A stretch of DNA of 64,000 bases from Macrostomum lignano. Its lineage: Eukaryota. Every line of letters begins with the position of its first letter. Position 1 is the first letter of the stretch. Where the stretch lies: contig NIVC01000100.1 in NCBI GenBank assembly GCA_002269645.1, positions 868,001-932,000 of the forward strand, in the 5' to 3' direction. Shown here piece after piece: positions 11,697 through 22,955 of the stretch. Under the pieces are notes generated by a model. That model was not told the origin of the DNA. It searched no databases and worked only from the letters and a program-made list of their open reading frames with translations. The position numbers and the translations under genes were made by a program.

Positions 11697-14669
11697 TTAA
11701 GCGCTCTGAACATTCTCGCTGAGCCAGGCTCTCAAAGACGGCAAGTTGCTTTCCATCCACTTGATGTTGATGCGAACACTCTCCAGAGCCAGATCCATGG
11801 CGCGTGTTGCAGCTCCGAGACTGTTTTCTTCTTTAAATCTTTCCATTTCAGCCAGTTTCTGGGCGTTGTTAAAATCAGCCAGGTTGTTAATAAAGTAAGA
11901 GATCGTGAAGGCTCCAGGAACAACTTCCTGGATTTGATTCCAGTTTCTCTGCAAAAAATCCCAAACGATTTGCAGGCCATTTGGATTGGCTGCAACACTT
12001 GAAAACACAGTCGATACGTCCTGCCTTCGAATTTTGGACTCGTCCAGAGCGTAGTCCAGGTACCGGTTAAGAATCCATGGCTCGTTGGTGCACGCCAGAC
12101 TGCGGATAATGTCGTTCTGAGTTCCCGGGTGAGCCACGGTCTTGCTGAACTCGAATAGACGGTCCCACACAGCAACAAATGAAGTGGCCACTCCTTCGCA
12201 CAGGACCCTCCGACGGATGTCGGGCGTGATTGTCGATGTGAAAGACGAGTTTACGAACTCTTCGAACTTGTTTGTTGCAGCCGTTTCACAGCTTCTCAGA
12301 CGGTACAAACAGGCCGACGACACAATGAGGCCTCGCTTCAGCTTAGTCAAGTGGGTGTCCGTGTCCTTGTTGTCAAGTCCGACATCGTTGAAGGCTCCCT
12401 CGAGTAGGTCTCGCATGTACGCACTCAGCGGTCCGTACTCGGGAGACTGTCGGTGGAGCATTGAGTGCAGGTAGCCGATCTTCGACAGAGCAGACGACCA
12501 CGGAACATAGTGCGTCTCGCTCTTCAAGTACTTGGTCATGTTGAGCGGAATGCTGTAGTCCAGATAGCCGGCACTGGCCAGAGCGAAGCTGTCATCGAGC
12601 AGACGAGCCCTGTCTTGCGGACTGAACACCGTGTGATTCGAGACCAGCTGATCGATGAGTCGCTTCCAGTTGTCCAAGTCGTAGTTCACTCTGTAGAAGC
12701 CGGACGAGCGAAGGTTGAGCAGATACCAGTCGTCAGCAGAGTTGTTGAATTCGAAGGACTGCTCCTTCTCGTTCATCCAGTTCACAAAGCCTGACACGTC
12801 CTCAGGAGTTCCTGAGGAGAGGTTCTGCTTGGTTCCCATGGTGACAGGGATGATCCACGTGTAGTTGTAGTCGCTCGGGTAGCTCGGAACTTGACTGGGG
12901 TCACTGAGAAAGTGATTCTGCGTCAGGGTGAGACGTCGAGCCGCAGTCGAGACGGAACAGTTGAGCACGGGGTAGCCCATCTGCTTGATCCAGCGATCCA
13001 TCACTAAGCCGACGTCGAGAGACTTGTTTGTGGACTTGGAGTACTGCTGGGTAAGACTGTCATAGAGAGCGGTGTGGAATGTGTTTCCGTAGCTGTTCTG
13101 ACGCAGGTAGTTTCCGACACCTTTGCGAAAGACCTCGTCACCGACAAAGCCGTGAAGCATGCGAAGAACGGTGGCTCCTTTTCTATACGTGATCGTGTCG
13201 AAGATTTCGTTTATTTGGCTGGGATTGTACACTTGAAGATAAATTGGGTGGCTGGCACCCTTTGAGTCAACATCAAATGCCGTTCTTTGTTGAGTCGGCA
13301 CAAACTGAGCGTCAACTTCCCAATCTGGATGGTAGTCATTTACTCCGATGTTCTGAACGAAGCTTGCGAATCCTTCGTTCAACCAAATATCGTCCCACCA
13401 TTCAGGAGTGACCAAATTTCCAAACCACATATGAGCGAGCTCATGGCTTACAACGCTTCCTATCGACTGTTTAATCGCGCTTGTGTCTCTTGTACCGTTA
13501 AATACAAGTCGACCCTCCCGATAGATAATGAGCCCCCAGTTTTCCATTGCGCCAGCGTTGAAATCGGGTACTGCAGCCTGGTCAGTCTTGTTCAGTGGAT
13601 ACGGCACATTAAAGTACCACTCAAAGTACTCCGTAATGTTCCTTACTACGTCAAGTGAGTAATCGGTCTGGTTCACGAACTCAGGTCGAGCCCAGTTTCG
13701 ATATTCTCTCCCCTGGGTGTCCATGCCTCTGATGAGCTCAAACTGAGACACGATGAACGCCAGAAGGTACGTGGACATGATCGGAGTGGTCTCGAAGTCC
13801 TCCTTCACTAGCTGTTCTGAGTCAGTCATCTCGCTGAACCATGTCGAAGCACTCACGTTCGTAGTACGAATGGACGGCATGTTGCTTATCGAAATGTAGT
13901 CCGAACGCCTCACAAGACTCACATCGAACGTGGCCTTGAATGCCGGCTCGTCGAAACATGGAAACGTCTTTCTCGCGTCAGTCGGTTGCAGATGTGAAGT
14001 GGCCAGGTACTTTGTAGTTCCGTTCTCGGGGTATGAGCTCAGATACAAACCTCGAAGATCAGATCGAAGCGGAGCTCTGAACCAGGCAATCTCGATTACG
14101 ACGTCGGTGCTGTTCGCTGGGAGCGGCACACTTAGGTCGATGCTGTACCACTCACGATCTTCGTCGTACATACAGCTGTCGACAGTGTAGTTTTTGTTTG
14201 ATGTAGAGTTGTAAACCCGAATGTCCGCAGCCGTTAGCAAGATCTTCGTCGCGTGCAACTTGATGTTGCTGGTTGATTCGTTGATGCTGAGCCTCACCTT
14301 CATGGAGCCGGTAAAGTAGAACTCCGACGCGTTGTTACCGTAGATGTAGGGCGCCAGAGTGACGGTGTAGTGCAGCGGTTTTACTCCAGTCGGCAGTCGG
14401 ACGTCTGTGACGAGCGGCGGCGCCGTCGTAGGTCCGGCAGTCGTCGTCAAAGTCGTAGCAGGCGGCGCGGTGGTCGGAGGAGGGTGAGGGTCGCATTTCG
14501 GAGCCGTGAAGTGTACGATGAGGCCTACCGCCACGACGGAGCCTGCAAAGACGAGTGCCAGCGCGACAAGGATAGGTACGGTGAGGAAGAGGCCTCTCTT
14601 GCCAGAGCCACCGTCCCCACCGAAGCTCACGCTGCTGTCGGAGCCTTTGTACATAGCGTAGCCGCCCAT
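11697..14669 (-). CDS. M1-family aminopeptidase N-like, type II membrane protein, copy 2 (990 aa, intact, intronless)
   Basis: Single ORF with TM anchor, stalk, GAMENWG, HELAH-x18-E, FDTITYRKGA and an ERAP1-type C-terminal helical region. Confidence 0.97.
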   Translation of the reverse strand: MGGYAMYKGSDSSVSFGGDGGSGKRGLFLTVPILVALALVFAGSVVAVGLIVHFTAPKCDPHPPPTTAPPATTLTTTAGPTTAPPLVTDVRLPTGVKPLHYTVTLAPYIYGNNASEFYFTGSMKVRLSINESTSNIKLHATKILLTAADIRVYNSTSNKNYTVDSCMYDEDREWYSIDLSVPLPANSTDVVIEIAWFRAPLRSDLRGLYLSSYPENGTTKYLATSHLQPTDARKTFPCFDEPAFKATFDVSLVRRSDYISISNMPSIRTTNVSASTWFSEMTDSEQLVKEDFETTPIMSTYLLAFIVSQFELIRGMDTQGREYRNWARPEFVNQTDYSLDVVRNITEYFEWYFNVPYPLNKTDQAAVPDFNAGAMENWGLIIYREGRLVFNGTRDTSAIKQSIGSVVSHELAHMWFGNLVTPEWWDDIWLNEGFASFVQNIGVNDYHPDWEVDAQFVPTQQRTAFDVDSKGASHPIYLQVYNPSQINEIFDTITYRKGATVLRMLHGFVGDEVFRKGVGNYLRQNSYGNTFHTALYDSLTQQYSKSTNKSLDVGLVMDRWIKQMGYPVLNCSVSTAARRLTLTQNHFLSDPSQVPSYPSDYNYTWIIPVTMGTKQNLSSGTPEDVSGFVNWMNEKEQSFEFNNSADDWYLLNLRSSGFYRVNYDLDNWKRLIDQLVSNHTVFSPQDRARLLDDSFALASAGYLDYSIPLNMTKYLKSETHYVPWSSALSKIGYLHSMLHRQSPEYGPLSAYMRDLLEGAFNDVGLDNKDTDTHLTKLKRGLIVSSACLYRLRSCETAATNKFEEFVNSSFTSTITPDIRRRVLCEGVATSFVAVWDRLFEFSKTVAHPGTQNDIIRSLACTNEPWILNRYLDYALDESKIRRQDVSTVFSSVAANPNGLQIVWDFLQRNWNQIQEVVPGAFTISYFINNLADFNNAQKLAEMERFKEENSLGAATRAMDLALESVRINIKWMESNLPSLRAWLSENVQSA

Positions 14670-15420
14670 CTCTACTTCTCAAATACTGTTAATCAGAAGT
14701 AGGGGTATTTTTCTTTCTTCTTTGAGTTGGTTTTTCCGCTTTATATATGTATAGTCTTAATCTAGGTCGTAAGGTATGCGGCTTTTAAATGAATATTTGC
14801 GCTTTGACGAGGTTTCTGCGTGATAAATATGCGATTTTTATTAGACTCCAATGTTAGTAAGTAGACCTTATCCGTCCTTTTGGGTGAGCGACGCGAAGTT
14901 TTCCTTATCTGATTCTAAGACGCCGAACGTAGCTGTTCGCTTCGTTTGCGATAGCTGGCCATTTGCAAATATTGCAACTCTCAGCGATTGGGGCTGAAGA
15001 TTTCATATTCTTGTAGGTCTAGGGAGACGCTCAAAAGGAGCATGCTCGCTACATTTCCTTATCATTCGCTAATTTATTGCAGGCAGATTTAGTTTAGTTT
15101 TAGCCACGCATCGCATGCATTTAGACTGTAGATTTTTATGAGCAGGGCCGATAATCTGGCGTTGGCAAGTAGCCTACAGTGTTCTGCAAGCGCTATCAGA
15201 CTCCCGCACCATAAAGTAGTCATTTTATTTTGGCCTTGCTCTCTTATCTTTGTGGCTCAATACTCAATAATAAGGACGGGTAACGACAAAAGTTTGGAGG
15301 CTTTAAAAAGATAATCCTCGAAACTCATTACTTAGATAATTTTTTCCTCAGACAGAAACTTACTGACTTCAATGAATTACAATGAAAACTTATAGATACT
15401 TATAGAAACTTATAGAATTT

Positions 15421-16836
15421 TAGATACGGAAATCAGACTTGCGAGACTAAAAATTTTCTGTCTATGGTCGACACGCGTTGGCATAGCGGAGTTCAATTTA
15501 ATCCTTGGGGCATCAATTTGATCATTCTATGTTTTTAATGCACATTTTCACCGTTATCATAACTTGTTTTTTAGCTGGCTTGTTTTAATGAGCAATCCGG
15601 ACGAGCTACTTGAATAGGATGGCAGTGAGTGGAGTTTTGGAACTGCAAATAACGACATCGACCACGACCAGCCAGCACAAGTACACTGCAGGTCAGTACA
15701 ACAAGATTAGCGATGAGAAGTCAGGTCTGATTGTCACCGCTTTATGGCGCGGCGATAGTCCGCTGAAGTTTATTCCAATTAAAGTTTATGCTGAGGTTTA
15801 TTCCAGCCTGCATCGCTGGACAGCCAGTCAATCTAAACATTTTTTGACTCGATTATATCCAGCGCTAAAGTGTTTATTTGTTTACGAGCGTATTGTGTCG
15901 TTCTGTTTTCAGATTTTCTCAACGATAAGTAAACGATTTGTGCTATAGCACTGGACACGTACCCAACGTTTTATGGGTAGGCCGCCTGGGTTGAAACGCG
16001 ATTGAAACGCTTTACATTTGTCCGCCGTCACTGTCTATGGTCAAAGCAAATCTGCTCACGACTGATTTAAGCATGGGCAAAATTGGATAACTTTTCGTCT
16101 CAGTATATTTCACTGCGAGAGCAAACACAACATGAATGAAACACGAAATAAACGAAAGAATTCAGTAAATACATGTAACGTTTGGGAACACAGAATGATA
16201 TGTGGTTGGATATTTCATCAATAGTTACCTCAAATACATGGTCGTAGTTTGAAACTGCAATCCACGACACATCTGTCTAGCGTGGTGTAATGTTGAATGT
16301 GCTTGGATTGGACAATTCTGCGTCAATCAACTGCTGCTGTCTTACGCTCAGACCGGTCCACTGACTAACTTCTTCACCAGGATCACGATGTCCAAGTTGC
16401 TGCAGAAACGCAATCTCATTCATTTCTAAACCGCTAATATCTTCCTCTAGTATTGATTCCCAGTGAAACATGGCTAATTCCGAACCTTTAAAGCTGTTTA
16501 AATCATATTTTTTTCTCCCACCCACCAAGAGAAGAATGCTTCAAACTCTATTTGGGTTTCAACCATAGACAGTTTCTGTGGACGTGAAACCGCGTTGTGC
16601 GTCCGCGCTTCAGCCTACCCATAAAACTAATACTGTTCGGACTGAAATGAACTGAAACGCAGAGGCGCGTAGCCTCGGCGTTTCAGTTCATTTCAGTCCT
16701 CAACAGCCAGTCTATATTAATATAATATTAGTAGAATGATCAAATTGATGCCCCCAGGATTAAATTGAACTCTGCTATGCCAGCGAGTGTCGACCATAGA
16801 AAATTTTCAGTCTCGCAAGTCTGATTTGCGTATCTA
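15421..16836. repeat. Long inverted-repeat pair (15421-15529 / 16732-16836) enclosing a second, looser pair (15968-16041 / 16562-16627); foldback/MITE-like
   Basis: tagatacg...gatcattcta matches the reverse complement of tagaatgatc...cgtatcta at roughly 90% by eye. Inner arms share gttttatgggtaggc/gcctacccataaaac and ctgtctatggt/accatagacag. No transposase ORF; no TSD found. Confidence 0.75.
16639..16699. repeat. 61-nt hairpin: perfect 22-bp stem, one mismatch, 5-bp stem, 5-nt loop
   Basis: ggactgaaatgaactgaaacgc pairs with gcgtttcagttcatttcagtcc; inner gaggc-gcgta-gcctc. Confidence 0.9.
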
Positions 16837-16885
16837 TGATTAAATTGAAAGCTTGCAGTACCAACTAGACCGCAAAAAGGAGTAG

Positions 16886-17108
16886 TACACCTTTTCACGT
16901 TCAATTTTGATCAAAGTCCAGTTCTAAAAAAACTAGCGGAAATTCAATTCAGAAAACTTAGACTGGGGCCCAGTCTAATACCCAGTTCAAAACATTCTAA
17001 CCGAAGTAAGGTTTAGCCATAGACAAAATTATCCTGAGTCTGAATTGAATTTCCGCTAGTTTTTTTTTAGAACTGGACTTTGATCAAAATTGAACGTGAA
17101 AAGTTGTA
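16886..17108. mobile_element. MITE-like element with about 60-bp terminal inverted repeats
   Basis: tacaccttttcacgttcaattttgatcaaagtccagttctaaaaaaactagcggaaattcaattcaga is mirrored at 17039-17108; TA at both ends; non-coding interior. Confidence 0.8.
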
Positions 17109-18243
17109 AAGTCAAAGGCCAAAAAATATTTTGATTCTTCTTTGTTGAACGTTCCTACAGGTTATACTTAAACTTTGCACCCTGAAATGTTTTCGAAGAG
17201 TGTAATACGTGCGTAATTTCCTGCAGGCAATGAGAAAATCAAGGCTGCTGTACACGCTGTATGAGCGTGTACTTGCATAGGAATGCTTTTGCGTCATCTC
17301 TTATTGTGGGTCGACTACCTTTGACTTGCAGAGCAAGTGCAGTTAGACTTAGCTTGTAATCTAACGAACTAAATAAACTTTCTCAGTCTTCTGATATTGA
17401 GACTTTCTATATGCAAGCATGTCCCTACAGTTCGTGCATAATATACGTTGTAGCTTCGTTTTAATACGACGCACTGTATGTTTTATCTTTTTTGAATGCC
17501 TAGCTCGTAAGCATAGCAGCACAGAATTGAAAATTTCAACAGTCAAACTGTGTTAGTAACGACTCATAAAAGGCAAACCTACACACTGTATGAGATTCGC
17601 TCTGCACACAGCAAGTTGATGCAACATTCTTCCCTAATCTCTAGGCCTCAGATAAGACATGTTAAATCAGATTTTAACGCCCAAACTTCAAAGCATGGCG
17701 TGCCGTGATTATCCACCTTTGAACTTCGATTTTGAATATTTCGTGACTTAAACACAGTACATTTTGAAATATTAAACTCAAAGCTTCTTATCTTTTAAAG
17801 TCGTTGTTGCCGTTGACTATGATTCTTTTTTTACAGTTTTAGGTGCTCTGTTTTCCCAGAAGCACTTGGAATCAATAGATTTTTTTAGATTTGAAGCAAA
17901 GAGCCTAATTAAAGGAGTTTTCATTGATTTTGGTTTGTTAAAAAGATGTTAGAGTTTTAATTTCAACAAGGGACGTATGCATTTGCTGTTTATTTTACTC
18001 GTAATTCAGTCCCGTTTGATACCGACTTGGGGAGTTTGGTAACTTCTTTGATGGCAATGCATTCAACCTATTTTGCCTTACGGTTTGTTTTTTCTATGTT
18101 AAATTTTATTGCTCCAACCATTGTCCCATGCTGTACTCTAATTATTACACACCTAAATCTTTTTGCGTACGGCTACTGAAAATAATTCATGAAACAATGT
18201 GCTTGTGTATACGGTTTGGAGGTAGACAATAATAATGTTTTTA

Positions 18244-18886
18244 GCACTGGGAACTGAGAAATTTCCATCCTGATGTCGATTCTGTTTCCTGAAAGCGGCT
18301 CGACCAGATTGATACTGTATCATTGACGACATTTGTCGTACATTCAGGTGACACAGGCGGCATAATTCTTGTTAAAGCAGCTGTCATAGATTTGGAAGTC
18401 CGTACAGGTGATTTGACCGCATTGGCCGAGTGTAGCTAGCTAGTTTTCGATGCTGATGCGTCTCGCCTTCATCAAGACATTAAAGTCTACGAGGCGTGGT
18501 GTCGTAGATGTAGCGCACCGGCTTCTTTCTGGTCGGCAGTCGGACGTCAGTGACGTGCGGTGGCGCTATCGTCGGTGACTCAACGGGCGCGAGATTCATG
18601 GGTGGAGACATAGAAAAAGTAGCAGGAAGTGAGGGGCTAGCATATGGTTCTGACTGTTGTACTTTGCCTGCAAAACTTCTGCAATTTTGGTAAACACTTC
18701 AAATTCCTTGTGTAAATTGCTTTTTGCTGAATAGGCTTCGCTTCACGCACTTCATCTTTTTCCAATTAACTTTGCTATTTTTTTAGTCGCAACTGCGATC
18801 ATTACAACTAGTGAGATTTTGCAGCTTTGGGTTTTACATTTGATCACAATTTTGCATTACAAAACAGGAGTATTCATATTTTTCAT
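18244..18886 (-). pseudogene. Decayed fourth aminopeptidase N-like copy (5' part)
   Basis: Reverse translation gives SPTIAPPHVTDVRLPT.KKPVRY (compare TTAPPLVTDVRLPTGVKPLHY) and FQIYDSCFNKNY...*MYDKCRQ*YSINLVEPL (compare IRVYNSTSNKNY...MYDEDREWYSIDLSVPL), with stops and frameshifts. Outer limits are approximate. Confidence 0.7.
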
Positions 18887-20109
18887 TGACAAATTAACTC
18901 TCTGGGTATTTAGTGATTTTTCAGATATATTGCAGTCCAGTGCGCATGCGTTACTTCATTTGCTTACATTTTAGTGCCTGCAGGAATGTGTCACTGACCC
19001 CTGTGTTATGTCTTCTGCTTCAACAACTATTGCAGCTTCAAGGCTATCATCGGACATAAAAGTCTAAGAAGCTTTGTTTAGAGTACCGCGGTTCACGGCT
19101 TATATTCGCCTTAGCGAGTACACGCAGAACCTTGCTCTTTGCGCTACTGCATTATTCGGCTCTTAAGGAAATAAAAGTTTCTACCCTAGACAATAGACAT
19201 GCAGAGAGAAATTAAAGTCCGCTTAGTCTTTTGTCTATACACAACACCCTGCAAGCATGTGTCACTGACCTTTGAAAGCATGGGTCACTGCAGGCATGTG
19301 TCAAACATAGACTAAGAGTTTATATTCACCATAGACTGAGAACTGAAATCACTAGGAAATTATGTTTTTCCACTATTAATTCTGTTTATTTCACGAATAT
19401 CGAACTCCAAACGTACTTGTATGCATTCACTAATCCCCTCTCTGTCCACAAGACTGATTTCGAAGGATTGAAGGACAATTCTCTGTTTCCAAGACCGCTA
19501 AAAGTTCGCCCACTGGTGTTACGCCGTTCAAATTCAAATTGAATTGAAATCGCATAAACTGTTTAACATTTAATAAAAATGTACGAAAAGTGACAAATGT
19601 CACTCAAAACTAAACTAAGTGTCTCAAGTTATAAGCGACCAAAGCAACGTTGCGAATTAAGCGACTCATCGAATATTTCCACTGCCTGTGTTTCCATACT
19701 CCACTCGTACATTCAACGCAATTGCATAATAAAAACAATGAGACTCCTTTTCCATGGTGCAGACGATATTGACGCAAATCAATGAAATTATAGCACTGGC
19801 TATAATGACGTAAGCAGGGACCTGCGCCGGAAAGTCACCTGGCGGAATATAATTCTTCTTTAATAATTAGTTAAGCACTTGCACGCTTGCACGAGGACAG
19901 TTAAAATAAACACAACAACTTTAGTATATAACTAGAGCGTTATGGACATTCAAACATACAAACCTTAGAGATTTAGTATATTTATAAACGAGTAGCAAAG
20001 AAACCAAGCTTGATAAGTGATTGAGAAGCAGACTTTCCAGAGACATTCGCAATAAGTTAAAGTTGCTGCGTCTCAAATCGAAAGTCCGAACTTCAGATCG
20101 AAGTCTAAA

Positions 20110-22955
20110 ATGCACTTTAGAGCATTAAGAAGCCTTCTAACGGCTATTGTCGTGCTGCTTCTTTTAAAAAGAAGAGCCAGTGCCTACCTAGCTCCTATTA
20201 CATTCACTGAAACCTGCCGACGCCGAAGCCGCTCCTTACGGACGTCCGACTGCCGAATGGAGTAAAGCCGCTACACTACAATGTCACTCTGGCTCCTTAC
20301 ATCTACGGCACCAACGTGTCGGAGTTCTACTTTACCGGCTCCATGCAGGTGAGGCTCAGCATCAACGAATCAACCAGCAACATTAAGCTGCACTCCGATA
20401 GGATTCCACTTACGGCTGCAGACATTCGGGTTTTTGACAGCAAATCAAACAAGAACTACACCATCACCAGATGTATGTACGACGAAGAGCGTCAATGGTA
20501 CAGCATCGATTTAAGCGAGCCGCTTACAGCGAACAGCACTGACGTCGTAATTGGAATTGCCCGTTTCAAAGCTCCTCTTCAATCTGATCTTCGAGGCTTG
20601 TACGTGAGCTCGTACATCGAGAATGGAACTACAAAATACCTGGCCACCTCACAGCTGCAGCCGACTGACGCGAGAAAGACGTTTCCATGTTTCGACGAGC
20701 CGGCATTCAAGGCCACGTTCGACATCAGCATTGTAAGAAAAAAGAGCTTCAAATCCATTAGCAACATGCCATCGAAGCGAGTTACCAAGGTCAGCTCCAG
20801 TGATTGGTTCAAAGAGATGAGCGACTCAGATCAGGTAGAGAAGGAGGACTTTGAGACCACTCCTATCATGTCGACGTACATTCTGGCATTCATTGTGTCT
20901 CAGTTCGAATACATTGAAGACACGGATGCTCAGTTGCGAAAGTACCGCACTTGGATGAGACCTGAACTTCTTAGTCTGTCTGAATTCTCCTTGGTCGCGC
21001 AGAAGAATTTCACGCAATTTTACGAGGCCTATTTTGGTGTTCCTTTTCCACTAAAGAAGATGGACCAAGCTGCCGTTCCCGACTTCAACGCAGGTGCCAT
21101 GGAGAACTGGGGACTCATTATCTATCGCGAAAGTCTTTTAGCATTTGACAGCCGAAAAGATAGGAGCTCAGTTTACCAGCGCATTGGAAGTGTTATGAGC
21201 CACGAGTTTGCTCATATGTGGTTTGGAAATCTTGTAACTCCTGAATGGTGGGACGATCTTTGGCTCAATGAAGGGTTCGCAAGTTTTGTTGAAAACATTG
21301 GACTGAACAATCTTCGCCCTGATTGGAACATGGATTCGCAATTTGTCGCGACAAAGCAAATGGCCGCATTAGAAGTCGATTCGATGGGATCCAGCCACCC
21401 AATTTACGTCGAAGTACACAATCCAAATCAAATTAGTGAAATCTTTGACACGATCACGTACAGAAAAGGAGCCACCGTTCTTCGCATGCTTCACGGCTTT
21501 GTCGGTGACGAGGTCTTCCGCAAGGGTGTCGGAAACTACCTGCGTCAGAACAGCTACGGAAACACATTCCACACCGCTCTCTATGACAGTCTGACCCGGC
21601 AGTACTCCGAGTCCACAAACAAGTCTCTCGACGTCGGCTCAGTGATGGATCGCTGGATCAAGCAGATGGGCTACCCCGTGCTCAACTGTTCCGTCTCGAC
21701 TGCGGCTCGACGTCTCACCCTGACGCAGAATCACTTTCTCAGTGACCCCAGTCAAGTTCCGAGCTACCCGAGCGACTACAACTACATGTGGATCATCCCT
21801 GTCACCATGGGAACCAAGCAGAACCTCTCCTCAGGAACTCCTGAGGACGTGTCGGGCTTTGTGAACTGGATGAACGAGAAGGAGCAGTCCTTCGAACTCG
21901 ACAACTCTGCTGACGACTGGTATCTGCTCAACCTTCGCTCGTCCGGCTTCTACAGAGTGAACTACGACTTGGACAACTGGAAGCGACTCATCGACCAGCT
22001 GATTTCGAATAACACGGTGTTCAGTCCGCAAGACAGGGCTCGTCTGCTCGATGACAGCTTCGCTCTGGCCAGTGCCGGCTATCTGGACTACAGCATTCCG
22101 CTCAACATGACCAGGTACTTGAAGAGCGAGACGCACTATGTTCCGTGGTCGTCTGCTCTGTCGAAGATCGGCTACCTGCACTCAATGCTCCACCGACAGT
22201 CTCCCGAGTACGGATCGCTGAGTGCGTACATGCGAGACCTACTCGAGGGAGCCTTCAACGATGTCGGACTTGACAACAAGGACACGGACACCCACTTGAC
22301 TAAGCTGAAGCGAGAGATTATTGTATGGTCAGCCTGTTTGTATAGATTGCCAAGTTGCAAAAATGCTGCTAAAGAAAAGTTTAGAGGGTTTGTGGGCTTG
22401 AATGATATTGCGTTTATTCATCCTGAGATCAGGCGAAGAGTTTTTTGTGAAGGAGTTTCAACGCTATTGCTAAACGAGTGGGACGATTTTTTCGATTTCA
22501 CTAAAACCGTGTCTCACCCAGGTACTCAAAATGACATGTTTCGTGGTCTCGCTTGCTCTAATGACCCATTGATTCTCAATCGGTACCTTGAATTTGCAAT
22601 GAACGAGAGCAAAGTGCGCAAGCAGGATATGGCTTATGTGTTTGCTAGCGTAGCGGCAAATCCTAAAGGTCTTGAAATTGTTTGGAACTATTTGCGGACC
22701 AACTGGAATACAGTGAAAAAGAAATTTCCCGGAGCTTTCACCACTTCATATATTATAGAAATTCTTGGCGATTTCAACAGCGAACAGAAGTACGCGGAGT
22801 TGGTGGAATTCAAAGAGCGTCACAGAGGCAATTTTGGGTCGGCTAGCCGCGCAATGGACCAGACGCTGGAGAAAGTGCGCGTCAACATTGACTGGATGAA
22901 AACGAAACTGCCCCGCGTAAGAACTTGGCTCATTGAGAATGGGCAAGCTATATAA
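20110..22955 (+). CDS. M1-family aminopeptidase N-like, copy 3, probable cleavable signal peptide (about 948 aa if one frameshift at 20210-20212 is restored)
   Basis: ORF 20316-22955 has GAMENWG, HEFAH-x18-E and FDTITYRKGA. Its frame is open from 20211 (NLPTPKPLLTDVRLP). ATG 20110 gives MHFRALRSLLTAIVVLLLLKRRASA in the adjacent frame and joins if A3 becomes A4. Confidence 0.88.
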
